This document shows, piece after piece, positions 46,101 to 54,151 of a stretch of 64,000 bases of DNA (positions are counted from its first letter, which is position 1; each line of letters opens with the position of its first letter). Made by a program: the position numbers and the translations under genes. The notes beneath the pieces are model-generated. The model searched no databases and was not told the origin of the DNA. It saw only the letters and a program-made list of their open reading frames with translations. This DNA is from an uncultured Eggerthellaceae bacterium (lineage in GTDB: Bacteria > Actinomycetota > Coriobacteriia > Coriobacteriales > Eggerthellaceae): positions 61,974 through 125,973 of the forward strand of contig CAZFGW010000002.1 in NCBI GenBank assembly GCA_964518575.1, given 5' to 3'.

Positions 46101-47632
46101 ACGATATAGGGCGTGGGATCAGCGGTGTTGAGATCGAGAACGCGGAGCTTCATCGTGCCTTCGGTGGGATCCGGTCCGGTGGGTAGGGCATTGGTCGTAT
46201 GACAACATTGCAGACCGAAGTGAGCATTGCCATATCCACTGTCCCAGTTGCAATTGATCGGCCACCGCTCCGAGTGCCAATACTGACCATTGCTCACATG
46301 CTCCCCGAACCAGAAGACATAGTTGAAGTAATTACGCGATGCCTGAGAGCCATTCGGGGTGACCGTGAAGTTCGAAACCGCTCCTTCGGCAACACCGTTC
46401 CAGGTAGCGTTGTTGTTCCATGCGATGTACTCGTAGAGGCTGTCGGGATCGTTGACCCATGAGTAGCAATACGCTCCGCTTGCGATGCATGCCTGCCACC
46501 CGAAATCGCCTTCGCTCACATTTGGCCACCAGTAGTTGAAGTCGGTGTAGATATCGAAGGTCTGCCCGATCTTGAGCGCACTGAGATCGAGTTTGTCGAA
46601 GACGACCTCGGGCACGAAGGAGAGTGCTTGCGAGGGCATATCGCCCGCAGCGGGTGTCGTGAAGTACTCAAGCAGATGGGGTGCGTCGATACTGATATCG
46701 ACCGAGGTAAGCGTGAGGGGAGCATAGAAAAGCTCAAGGCAGCCCGTACGCGCGTCATACGCGGCATTGTTTCCTTCGATAAGGTCGATCTTTGAATCGC
46801 TGCCGTTGATCCTGACACTAAGGTCATTAAGCGAGATGAAATGGCTGTATTTAGGCTGGGTGAGGGGAATGCTGAGCGATATATCGAACGTCGACGCTCT
46901 GATCGAATGCGGCTGTTCCGTTTGCACACGGGGGTCATGGCACTCGATGCTGATGTCGACATCGCACGTGCTCTTCCCTCGCACATCGCTCAGGGCGAGC
47001 ATCTGTGCTTGAAGGGCAAACGCAATCTCTTCGCCATCGCGTTCGTAGAGCTCTTTTGGCACATAGATGATGCCGCGATCCTTGTCCATATAGGGTCCAT
47101 CCACGACATTGCCTGAGTTGTCGAGGGTGGTGAAGGCGACGTCGGTGATCGTGGTGATCCCCTTGATGGTGGAAGGGCTTGCATACGCGATGAGATAGGA
47201 AGACGCTTCACCCGGATCCAGAAGATCAGCCGTTAGGTCGAACTGCCCTGCGATCGCCTCCATCCAGCCGCTGTCGAAAAACAGGCTCTCGAAGGTCGTA
47301 TCTGTGCCTTTGAGCGCGCGGTCGACCAGCGTGAGCTTGAGATACAAGGTATGACCCGTATCGCGGAACTTTTCGCGCTGAAACCCGAGCGCGCTTATGA
47401 GTGGGTCGAGGAGATTCTCGTTCGCTGCAAGCGCGTCTTTGGCATCCCCGTCAAGATTATCGCGAAGGTAATCGTTGCGCTGCTCATACACGGGCGGCGC
47501 GATATCGAGCTCTTCGGCGTATGCCGTTGAAGCTCGGGGAACGAGGGGGATTGAGAGCGACAAGGCGCAGATGAGCAGGATGCAGATGAGATGCTGGATC
47601 GCCTCAGTGCGCCCTCTTGCCGTGGTTCTCAT
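43148..47632 (-). CDS. LPXTG-anchored giant adhesin: novel N-terminal domain, Cna-B/SpaA-like Ig domains, three VaFE/Thr-Gln ester-bond repeats
   Basis: The ATG at 47632 follows AAGGAG, giving 1494 aa. Signal peptide ...TAYA-EE. Three ~125-aa repeats at 43358-44530 contain (I/V)VVFE(R/T/K)L and H.D..(D/N/S)..Q. LPQTG lies at 43292-43306, followed by a TM and a basic tail. Confidence 0.8.
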   Translation of the reverse strand: MRTTARGRTEAIQHLICILLICALSLSIPLVPRASTAYAEELDIAPPVYEQRNDYLRDNLDGDAKDALAANENLLDPLISALGFQREKFRDTGHTLYLKLTLVDRALKGTDTTFESLFFDSGWMEAIAGQFDLTADLLDPGEASSYLIAYASPSTIKGITTITDVAFTTLDNSGNVVDGPYMDKDRGIIYVPKELYERDGEEIAFALQAQMLALSDVRGKSTCDVDISIECHDPRVQTEQPHSIRASTFDISLSIPLTQPKYSHFISLNDLSVRINGSDSKIDLIEGNNAAYDARTGCLELFYAPLTLTSVDISIDAPHLLEYFTTPAAGDMPSQALSFVPEVVFDKLDLSALKIGQTFDIYTDFNYWWPNVSEGDFGWQACIASGAYCYSWVNDPDSLYEYIAWNNNATWNGVAEGAVSNFTVTPNGSQASRNYFNYVFWFGEHVSNGQYWHSERWPINCNWDSGYGNAHFGLQCCHTTNALPTGPDPTEGTMKLRVLDLNTADPTPYIVLGFVGPAVANQPGVGVYKFAIKAKGKIDLTKQSGNPALSEGNHLYTMEGIAYDIFTNPACTEYLSTITLDANGHGTSPDLQPGTYYLKENVGSVIGRGFAVDERIHRVDVTAGNTSALSVTDTPQSARIDLLLNKLDAQSATSAPQGNALLSGAEFKIEHYDAYLDGGAEALGNHTPTRTWHFKTDDAGAILLDDDHLIGGDELYLDSTGAPCMPLGTVSIQETKPPCGYLLDPTVILKKIEPEGTAESIHSFAAPQVSNHAIRGGVRIDKLDAESLLPHPLGAATLDGTTFEIVNRSAHPVCVGGIFYPTDAVVATICVQDGCAMSTDDLLPYGSYLLREVAAGDGYLLTDTAERVFDITENGKIVPFTQQNAAQNRVKRGDFSFIKVRETNQERMEGIPFLITSKTTGEQHVVLSGEMGKFDTSAAWHPHTASTNANDRALKADGTVDEELLDEHAGVWFGKAENGITQPNDTVGALPFDTYHIEELPCTKNHDLELITLDDIKVNRDAYNIFAGTVIDRLKPTPSLHTSAKNAQDASKYLSASSTASLLDRVEYSGLTQGKTYVLTGTLYRFGDGQPLTDIPGATVSKTFSCEQASGYVDMAFTLDTRSLAGQKIVVFERLIDETTGEVVATHEDLSDPDQTLFVNAPLIETYAASAITNDKEIVASPETHLIDTISYCNLEPGREYTVSGSLALKNPHDETTTSLLDETGTPITASQTFTAKNASGITSVAFDFDSTQLEPESQIVVFETLLSDGQIHLEHSDPNNAAQTVRIAAPTLKTHAHIAESADHIAPQQPTSTIKKVDIVDTVEYANVQAGRTYTMQGTLMTLAPTEGSKTAQATPYLDEEGNPLTTTVSFTPESANGTLDIPFAVTGDDLSDEHFVVFEKLFLGDEEIAAHEDAESAEQSVFTRPTPNDDASRTPKTLSSLPQTGDSYLLGAILALSTALALACSLFFSRMARKTQRSCARKPVRTSGRMRP

Positions 47633-47915
47633 GAATTGCTCCTTTCCGCGAGGTTCTCGCTGCCATGGATGAAACAGGTGGTAAGGCACAACCTTAGAGA
47701 CGCCATCTGGCGGAATGTTTGCGCGCATCTTGCGTCCGCGCTGCAAAAATCAAAGGGATAACAGGTGTGTTCTTTGTAAAAATCAACGGTTTTCGAAGCG
47801 AAACGCACCGATCTCTATAGAAAACCTTGCAGATTTCTGATAATCTCTGCGAAAAATCGAACACGGGTATGCGCGCGGGTGGAGAGGCGCGCAAAAACGT
47901 ATAAGGATCTGAGCC

Positions 47916-49076
47916 ATGAACATCATCTTTATCATCTTTTGCGCGGTGATCGTGATAGGGTTTATCGTTCTCATCCATGAGGGCGGGCACTATCTTGCGG
48001 CGCGCGCGTTTAAGGTACGGGTCACCGAGTTCATGCTCGGTTTGCCCGGACCCAGTATCGGGTTTACGAAAGGTGGGACGCGTTTCGGTATTACTGCTGT
48101 TCCGCTCGGTGGCTATGCCAAGGTGTGCGGCATGGAAACCGGACCGATGAGTCCGCACTTAAAGCCGGTTCTTGCTTGCGTATATAAGCGTGGGACGGTG
48201 CTTATGGAAGAGGTTGCCGCCGCGTGTGGTATCACCGACGAAGAGGCGTACGATGCGCTTGAAGAGCTGGTTGAATGGGGCTCGATCGATGGTCCCACCC
48301 GGGCGGACAAACATAATACCTATCGCACACCGGCGCGCGCCATGACTGCGCAAAGCGTTGATAAAAGTGTTCGCGAGAGCGCGGGCGAAACCTCCCAAAC
48401 CGCCGAGACCGCCCAAACCTCACAAACTGCGCTTGCCTCGCCGCATAAGGCGCGTGCAGGAGAGCCCCTTTCCATCGCGGATATCGATGCGTTTTTCGCA
48501 AGCGAATATGCAGTTCAGTATCGAAGCTTGCCATTTTGGAAGCGCAGCGTGATTCTGCTTGCCGGAATTGCTGTGAACCTTCTGTTCGCGATCATCGCAT
48601 TCGTGCTCGTCTACTCCGTGATCGGCATTGACATTGTCCATCCTCAAACGGGCGAGATGGCACACATGACGCTCAATCCTATTCAGTCCATACAGGCGGG
48701 ATTCGGTGCCATCGTGATGACATTCGAGTCCATCCTCGGATTGTTCAATCCCGAGACCGCCGCGCAGACGGTATCGAATTCGACGAGTATCGTCGGAATC
48801 GCAGTGATGTCGGCTGATTTCTTCGCACGCGGAGTGGCGGACGCACTGTTCTTCATGGCGATCGTGTCGATTTCCATCGGATTGATGAATCTTTTGCCGA
48901 TTCCGCCGCTCGATGGAGGTCGGTTCGTGGTTGAGATCATCCAGAAGGTCTCGCGACGCGACGTTCCCATGAAGGCGCTCGGGTATATCTCCTTTGCGGG
49001 GATGGCGCTGTTTTTGTGCTTCTTCGTGTTCATGTTGAATCAGGATATTCAGCGCTACATCTTCGGAAACTGGTAG
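47916..49076 (+). CDS. rseP: Site-2 (M50/RseP-family) intramembrane metalloprotease, apparently PDZ-less with a large insertion
   Basis: 386-aa ORF with HEGGHYLAAR (HExxH), PLGGYAKV and NLLPIPPLDGG motifs. Confidence 0.85.
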   Translation: MNIIFIIFCAVIVIGFIVLIHEGGHYLAARAFKVRVTEFMLGLPGPSIGFTKGGTRFGITAVPLGGYAKVCGMETGPMSPHLKPVLACVYKRGTVLMEEVAAACGITDEEAYDALEELVEWGSIDGPTRADKHNTYRTPARAMTAQSVDKSVRESAGETSQTAETAQTSQTALASPHKARAGEPLSIADIDAFFASEYAVQYRSLPFWKRSVILLAGIAVNLLFAIIAFVLVYSVIGIDIVHPQTGEMAHMTLNPIQSIQAGFGAIVMTFESILGLFNPETAAQTVSNSTSIVGIAVMSADFFARGVADALFFMAIVSISIGLMNLLPIPPLDGGRFVVEIIQKVSRRDVPMKALGYISFAGMALFLCFFVFMLNQDIQRYIFGNW

Positions 49077-49241
49077 TCGCTCATACACGGGCAGGATGGG
49101 TTTCGCGTAATCCTTACCCGCAATAAAGCCGCCCTCATACGATAAGATATCAGGAAAAGCGATGAAGTGATGCTATTCGCGTCCTGAAGGGAGGGTGCGT
49201 GGGGCGCCTTTTCGAAGGGGAAGTACGATCCACGCAAGCGT

Positions 49242-50339
49242 ATGGTCGATCAATCTTGTGAAGCAATGAATACTACTGCGGGTACGCCGCATGAGCGCAC
49301 TGATCGCGTTATGGTGGGGTCTGTTGCTCTGGGCGGCGGCGCACCGGTGGCGGTGCAGTCGATGCTCTGTGCGCTCACCGATGACGCGGGAGCGAACATC
49401 GAACAGGTGAACCGTCTCTGTGATGCGGGCTGCGAGATCGTGCGCATGGCTATCCCTGACCGGGAGACACTGCCGACCTTTGCTGAGGTATGCAAGAAAA
49501 GCCCTATTCCGGTCGTTGCCGATATCCACTTCGATGCGAGCATTGCCATCGAAGCAGCCTGGTCGGGTGCGGCGAAACTCAGGATCAACCCGGGCAACAT
49601 CGGTGGTCTTGAGAAAACGCGCATGGTGATCGATGCGGCGAGGGGAGCGGGCATTCCCATCCGTATCGGGGTGAACGCAGGCTCGCTCGACAAGGATCTC
49701 AGTGAGCGAAGCGATTTGACCCTGCCACAAAAACTTGCGCGTTCAGCCTGCGACTACGTTGCCTTCTTTGAAAATGAAAACGATTTCCACCAGATCGTCG
49801 TCTCCGCGAAAGCGCATAACGTGAACGCCACGATCGAGACGTATCGGCTGCTCGCCCAGATGATTCCCCGCATTCCGTTGCATATCGGCGTTACTGAGGC
49901 GGGAACAGCGATGCAGGGTATGGTGAAATCCTCTGCGGGACTTGGCATCCTTCTTGCCGAGGGAATCGGTGATACCCTGCGCATCTCGCTCACCGATGAT
50001 CCGGTTTTAGAAGTGCGCGCTGCGTGGGCGCTTCTGAATGCACTCGATCTGCGGCAGCGAACCCCCGAAATCATCAGCTGTCCCACGTGCGGCAGATGTG
50101 AGGTTGATCTCATTCCGATCGCTCAACGGGTCGAGCGTGAGCTTGCACAGGTATGTAAACCGCTCAAAGTTGCGGTGATGGGATGTGTGGTCAATGGACC
50201 GGGCGAAGCGAAGGACGCCGATGTCGGGGTAGCCTGCGGGCGCGGACAGGGCGCGATCTTCAGGAATGGTAAAATCATTCGGAAAGTCAGCGAGGACGAG
50301 ATCGTCCCGGCGCTTCTCGAGGAGCTGCAAACGCTCTAG
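49242..50339 (+). CDS. ispG: HMBPP synthase (IspG/GcpE)
   Basis: 365-aa ORF with motifs GGGAPVAVQSM, RINPGNIG, GVNAGSL, CPTCGRC and GCVVNGPGE. Confidence 0.93.
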   Translation: MVDQSCEAMNTTAGTPHERTDRVMVGSVALGGGAPVAVQSMLCALTDDAGANIEQVNRLCDAGCEIVRMAIPDRETLPTFAEVCKKSPIPVVADIHFDASIAIEAAWSGAAKLRINPGNIGGLEKTRMVIDAARGAGIPIRIGVNAGSLDKDLSERSDLTLPQKLARSACDYVAFFENENDFHQIVVSAKAHNVNATIETYRLLAQMIPRIPLHIGVTEAGTAMQGMVKSSAGLGILLAEGIGDTLRISLTDDPVLEVRAAWALLNALDLRQRTPEIISCPTCGRCEVDLIPIAQRVERELAQVCKPLKVAVMGCVVNGPGEAKDADVGVACGRGQGAIFRNGKIIRKVSEDEIVPALLEELQTL

Positions 50340-50393
50340 TCGGGGCGCAGCAGTGTTGGAATCACCACACGATCACAAGGAAAAAGGATTGAT

Positions 50394-52151
50394 ATGGCTG
50401 AGATACTCAAGATGAGCAAACTCTATACTCCTACGTTGCGGGAGGATCCAGCGGATGCGGATATCGCAAGCCACCGGCTTTTGCTGCGCGCGGGCATGAT
50501 CAGGAAAACGGCAAGCGGCGTCTACACCTTCCTTCCGCTGGGATATAAGGTACTCGCGAAGGTGGAGAACATCATCCGGGAAGAAATGGACGCCATCGGA
50601 GCGCTCGAGATCATGATGCCAGCGCTGCAGCCGGCGGAGCTGTGGTTGGAGAGCGGGCGATGGGATGATTACGGTCCTGAGCTGATGCGGATGACCGATC
50701 GCCATGATCATGGATTCTGCCTTGGACCCACTCATGAGGAGCTGATCACTGATCTCGTGCGTGATGAGGTGCGCAGCTACAAGCAGCTCCCGCTTTCCCT
50801 GTATCAGATCCAGGTGAAATTCCGCGATGAGATCCGTCCGCGGTTCGGGCTTCTGCGCTCGCGCGAATTCATCATGAAGGATGCCTACTCGTTCCATGAT
50901 TCGCAGGAGTCGCTGCAGGAGACGTATGACGCGATGAGCGAGGCATATGCGCGCATTTGCGATCGCTGCGCTCTTGAATGGCGTGCGGTCGAAGCCGACT
51001 CCGGACAGATCGGCGGCAAGGTCACGACCGAGTTCATGGCGCTTGCTGATTCGGGCGAAGCGGAGCTCGTTTACTGCGATTGCGGCTATGCGGCGGATAC
51101 GGAAGCGGGGGAGTGCATCGCCCATCCTACCGTCTATGAACGCCCCGCGCTCGAGAAGATCTCCACGCCGGATATCCATACGATCGACGAGTTGGCAGCA
51201 TTTTTGGACATACCTGCCTCCTCTACGGTGAAAGCGCTCTCGGGCAAAGATGCCGATGATGAGCTCTACGTGCTCTTCATCCCGGGCGATCATGAGCTCA
51301 ACGAGATCAAAGCGTTGCGTGCCGTGCCTGACTTCACGCTGCTCACCGATGAGGAAATGGTCTCGTTCGGGCTGCACAAAGGCTCGATGGGACCAGTCGG
51401 CCTGCCGGAGGGAGCACATATTGTCGCCGATGTTTCCTTGAAGCAAATACCCCAGTGGGTCGTGGGCGCGAATGAGGAGGGCTACCATCTCGTGGGCGCA
51501 GCACCCGGCGTTGATTTCGAGGTTGAGACGTGGGCAGATCTTTGTGTGGTCAAGCCGTCCGACTCATGTCCTTCATGTCGTTGTGCACTCAAGGGGGCGC
51601 GCGGCATCGAGGTCAGCCAGGTCTTCCAGCTGGGCGATAAATACTCGAAGAGCATGAATGCAACCTATCTCGATAAAGACGGAAAAGAGCAGCCGTTCAT
51701 CATGGGATGTTACGGCGTGGGTGTCACGAGAACGCTTGCTGCCATCGTCGAACAGCATAACGATGAAGCGGGTATCAAGTGGCCTGCCTCCGTGGCACCG
51801 GCGCATGTGTGTGTGATTCCGCTCGTGGCCGGTGATGATGAGGTCGAACCCGTTGCGAACGAGATTGCTACCGGTATTTCAAATCTTGGGTTTGAAGTGG
51901 TTATCGATGACCGCGATGAGCGCGCGGGCGTGAAATTCGCCGATGCTGAGCTGATCGGCTGGCCGTTGCAGATCATCGTGGGCAAGCGGGGGCTTGCCGA
52001 GGGGAAGGTGGAGATTCGCCGTCGGCTCACGGGCGAGAAAAAGGATTTTTCGATCGAAGCGCTGCCGGAGCTGTTTGCATTCGCAAATCGCAGCATGAGG
52101 AACATGAACAAGGACGGCGTCTTGATCTTCAAGAGTCTGTTCGCCTCGTAG
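50394..52151 (+). CDS. proS: Prolyl-tRNA synthetase (bacterial type with an editing insertion)
   Basis: 585-aa ORF with class II motifs FRDEIRPRFGLLRSREFIMKDAYSF and GCYGVGVTR. Confidence 0.95.
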   Translation: MAEILKMSKLYTPTLREDPADADIASHRLLLRAGMIRKTASGVYTFLPLGYKVLAKVENIIREEMDAIGALEIMMPALQPAELWLESGRWDDYGPELMRMTDRHDHGFCLGPTHEELITDLVRDEVRSYKQLPLSLYQIQVKFRDEIRPRFGLLRSREFIMKDAYSFHDSQESLQETYDAMSEAYARICDRCALEWRAVEADSGQIGGKVTTEFMALADSGEAELVYCDCGYAADTEAGECIAHPTVYERPALEKISTPDIHTIDELAAFLDIPASSTVKALSGKDADDELYVLFIPGDHELNEIKALRAVPDFTLLTDEEMVSFGLHKGSMGPVGLPEGAHIVADVSLKQIPQWVVGANEEGYHLVGAAPGVDFEVETWADLCVVKPSDSCPSCRCALKGARGIEVSQVFQLGDKYSKSMNATYLDKDGKEQPFIMGCYGVGVTRTLAAIVEQHNDEAGIKWPASVAPAHVCVIPLVAGDDEVEPVANEIATGISNLGFEVVIDDRDERAGVKFADAELIGWPLQIIVGKRGLAEGKVEIRRRLTGEKKDFSIEALPELFAFANRSMRNMNKDGVLIFKSLFAS

Positions 52152-52212
52152 CCAAGAGCAACGCCATTCATAAGGCGGTTCGGTACAAGCTTCGCCACAG
52201 TTGTGTAACAGT

Positions 52213-52244
52213 CAGGGAAGTCCGTCGGGGCTTCCCTGTTCTTT
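52213..52244 (+). terminator. Rho-independent terminator after proS
   Basis: CAGGGAAG-N10-CTTCCCTG followed by TTCTTT. Confidence 0.7.
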
Positions 52245-52292
52245 GAGGCACTATAGGTTTATCGGACAAAAGTGCAATCAAGGAGGTATCGC

Positions 52293-52631
52293 ATGACTGA
52301 CGTCACAGATCCTTTCAAAAATGTATTTCTAGCAGGTATTGGTGCGCTTGCGATCGGTGCGGAGAAATCCCAGGAGATCCTCGATCAGCTCATTCAAAAG
52401 GGGCAGATCACCGTCGATCAGGGCAAAGAGATTGCGTCCGAACTGCAAAGCGACGCCACCGCGAAAACCGCTGAGCTGCGTGATCAGATCATCCAGGCTC
52501 AAATGAAAACGATGAGCAAGGCTGAGCGTGACGCATTCTCAGCAAAGGTTGCGGAAATGGCGGCAACGGTCGATGGTGATGATGCACTCGAAGATCAAGA
52601 GGAAGCAGAAGTTGCACACGATCTGAAGTGA
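52293..52631 (+). CDS. Phasin-like small coiled-coil protein
   Basis: The ATG at 52293 follows AAGGAGG, giving 112 aa. It is helical and acidic. The family call is from memory only. Confidence 0.5.
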   Translation: MTDVTDPFKNVFLAGIGALAIGAEKSQEILDQLIQKGQITVDQGKEIASELQSDATAKTAELRDQIIQAQMKTMSKAERDAFSAKVAEMAATVDGDDALEDQEEAEVAHDLK

Positions 52632-52682
52632 CCAACTGAGGCAACCGTGCGCGGTCATACCCGCGCACCCGTTCGGTTATGG

Positions 52683-52750
52683 ACTTGGAGCTTCCTTTTC
52701 CTGATACTATGCTTACTCAGGAAAAGGAAAGAGGCTCCAAGTTCTTTTTT
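52683..52750 (+). terminator. Strong rho-independent terminator
   Basis: 22 paired bases (9 + 13 bp, with a 4-nt bulge): ACTTGGAGC/TTCCTTTTCCTGA ... TCAGGAAAAGGAA/GCTCCAAGT, followed by TCTTTTTT. Confidence 0.85.
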
Positions 52751-52824
52751 ATGCCTGCATGCTTGTATGCATTCGTGGGCTTGAAGGGTTTGGACGGCTG
52801 ATCATTACAGAAATGCGAGCAGGT

Positions 52825-53616
52825 ATGAGCGATCTAATTCTAGGGAAGCGGTCGGTGATCGAGGCGCTCAAGGCGAAGATGCCCATTGAGGGTATTTTCT
52901 TTGCTGATAATCTCGAGCGCGATTCGCTCGTCAAAGACATCATGCGCAAGGCGAAGCAACAGGACGTCGCCATCAAAGAGGTATCTCGCAAGCGTCTTGC
53001 CGATATGGTCGCATCCCTTGAGCGTCGCGGACAATCACGGGGTTTCGATGAGGTAACGCAGGGCGTTGTCGCGCAGGCGAAACCCTATGCATATGTGCCG
53101 CTTGGAGAGCTGATCGATCGCTCTGCTGCCTATGCGCACGACCATGACGGACGCGCGCTCATCGTGGTTTGCGACCATCTCACGGATGCGGGTAACCTCG
53201 GTGCCATCGCACGCTCGGCGGAGTCGGTCGGTGCATCGGGGTTGGTGATTCCCAACAAACGATCCGCGCATGTCACGCAAGCAACCTATCGCTCCTCGGC
53301 GGGCGCCATCTCGCATATCGGCATCGCTCAGGTGGCAAATATCTCAGCAGTGCTCAATAAGCTCAAAGATGAAGGTTTCTGGGTGATCGGTGCGAACGAG
53401 CACGCACGGGATACGGTCTGGCAGTCCAATCTCGAAGGGAAGATCGTGCTCGTCGTAGGCAATGAACAGCGCGGTATCTCTCCGCTCGTGCAAGAACAGT
53501 GCGATATTCTCTGCGCCCTTCCGCAGGAGGGTAAAATCTCCTCGCTCAATGCCGCACAGGCATCGACGGTGTTCATGTATGAATGGCTCAGGCAAAACTA
53601 TGGCACGCTCGCATAA
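52825..53616 (+). CDS. rlmB: TrmH/SpoU-family 23S rRNA 2'-O-methyltransferase (RlmB-like)
   Basis: N-terminus LILGKRSVIEALKA and SpoU motifs NLGAIARSAE, VVGNEQRGIS and SLNAAQA. The start is 52813 or 52825; the track start 52759 sits right at the terminator. Confidence 0.78.
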   Translation: MSDLILGKRSVIEALKAKMPIEGIFFADNLERDSLVKDIMRKAKQQDVAIKEVSRKRLADMVASLERRGQSRGFDEVTQGVVAQAKPYAYVPLGELIDRSAAYAHDHDGRALIVVCDHLTDAGNLGAIARSAESVGASGLVIPNKRSAHVTQATYRSSAGAISHIGIAQVANISAVLNKLKDEGFWVIGANEHARDTVWQSNLEGKIVLVVGNEQRGISPLVQEQCDILCALPQEGKISSLNAAQASTVFMYEWLRQNYGTLA

Positions 53617-54136
53617 GAAACTCTTCATTGTCGATGGCTACAATGTGCTGCGGTCGGGCAGCCGCTATGCACGTATCGTTCTGCCCGATTACACGGATGA
53701 TACGTTCAATGTGGCACGCGAGCGCCTGATCAATGATGTGATCAGCTTCAGCGGCAACGCAATGGACGCGATCATCGTCTTCGATGGCGCTGATAACCCC
53801 TGCTCATCGGGAAAAGAACAGGTAGCGGGCGGGGTGCGCATCGTATTCTCCGAGGCGGGTTCTCCCGCTGACAAACTCATCGAACGGATCGCGCATGATG
53901 CGCGCGACGAGGGGAGAGCCGTGCTTGTGGTGACGAGCGACGCCACCATTCAAGACACGGTATTCGGCGGCGGAGTCGATCGGATGAGCGCCGAGGGGTT
54001 TTGCCAGGAAATGTCACGGTACTTCGAAGAAGTGCATGAGGATGCAAAGCCCGAAGTGGCAACGAAGATGACTCTTGCTGATCGTCTTTCACCAGATATG
54101 GTGCAGGCGCTCAAACATATGCGCGATGGAAACTAA
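53600..54136 (+). CDS. yacP: NYN/PIN-like YacP (Rae1-like) ribonuclease
   Basis: The ATG at 53600 overlaps the rlmB end. Motifs LFIVDGYNVL and VVTSD. The rlmB-yacP order matches B. subtilis yacO-yacP. Confidence 0.78.
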   Translation: MARSHKKLFIVDGYNVLRSGSRYARIVLPDYTDDTFNVARERLINDVISFSGNAMDAIIVFDGADNPCSSGKEQVAGGVRIVFSEAGSPADKLIERIAHDARDEGRAVLVVTSDATIQDTVFGGGVDRMSAEGFCQEMSRYFEEVHEDAKPEVATKMTLADRLSPDMVQALKHMRDGN

Positions 54137-54151
54137 AGAAGAAATTGTTCG

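Noticed and set aside
46200-46520. Thioester (TQXA-type) domain in the adhesin head, suggested by AYCYSW and LQCCH.
   Set aside because: I found no TQxA(I/V)W-like motif and the order and spacing of Cys and Gln do not fit the known thioester domain. I left the region as an unassigned domain.
39190-47915. Mobile-element hallmarks at the island borders (integrase, transposase, tRNA target, direct repeats).
   Set aside because: I recognised none by eye, so I do not call the island a mobile element. I report only the synteny break.
47694-48158. 154-aa minus-strand ORF spanning the adhesin-rseP divergent promoter region.
   Set aside because: It overlaps the rseP start and the AT-richer promoter region. 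It has no RBS or motif. It is probably a non-coding regulatory region.
50340-50393. T-box or riboswitch leaders upstream of proS, cysE, the ABC transporter or glsA.
   Set aside because: The intergenic spacers are only about 45-85 nt and contain no recognisable specifier or antiterminator-like elements.
50373-51488. 371-aa ORF antisense to proS. Similar long antisense ORFs occur at 1356-2510, 4389-5228, 6585-7382, 12182-13075, 13837-14535, 20325-21209, 24240-25058, 31415-32143, 32166-32822, 37524-38222, 57616-58517 and 63192-63863.
   Set aside because: Each one overlaps a confidently recognised conserved gene on the other strand. Their compositions are Arg/His/Cys-rich and low-complexity, with no motifs. 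I treat them as GC-driven open frames.
52647-52668. Hairpin GTGCGCGG-TCATAC-CCGCGCAC as the terminator of the phasin-like gene.
   Set aside because: No T tract follows it. The much stronger hairpin with a T run at 52683-52750 is the more likely terminator, and this one may simply add to 3' structure.
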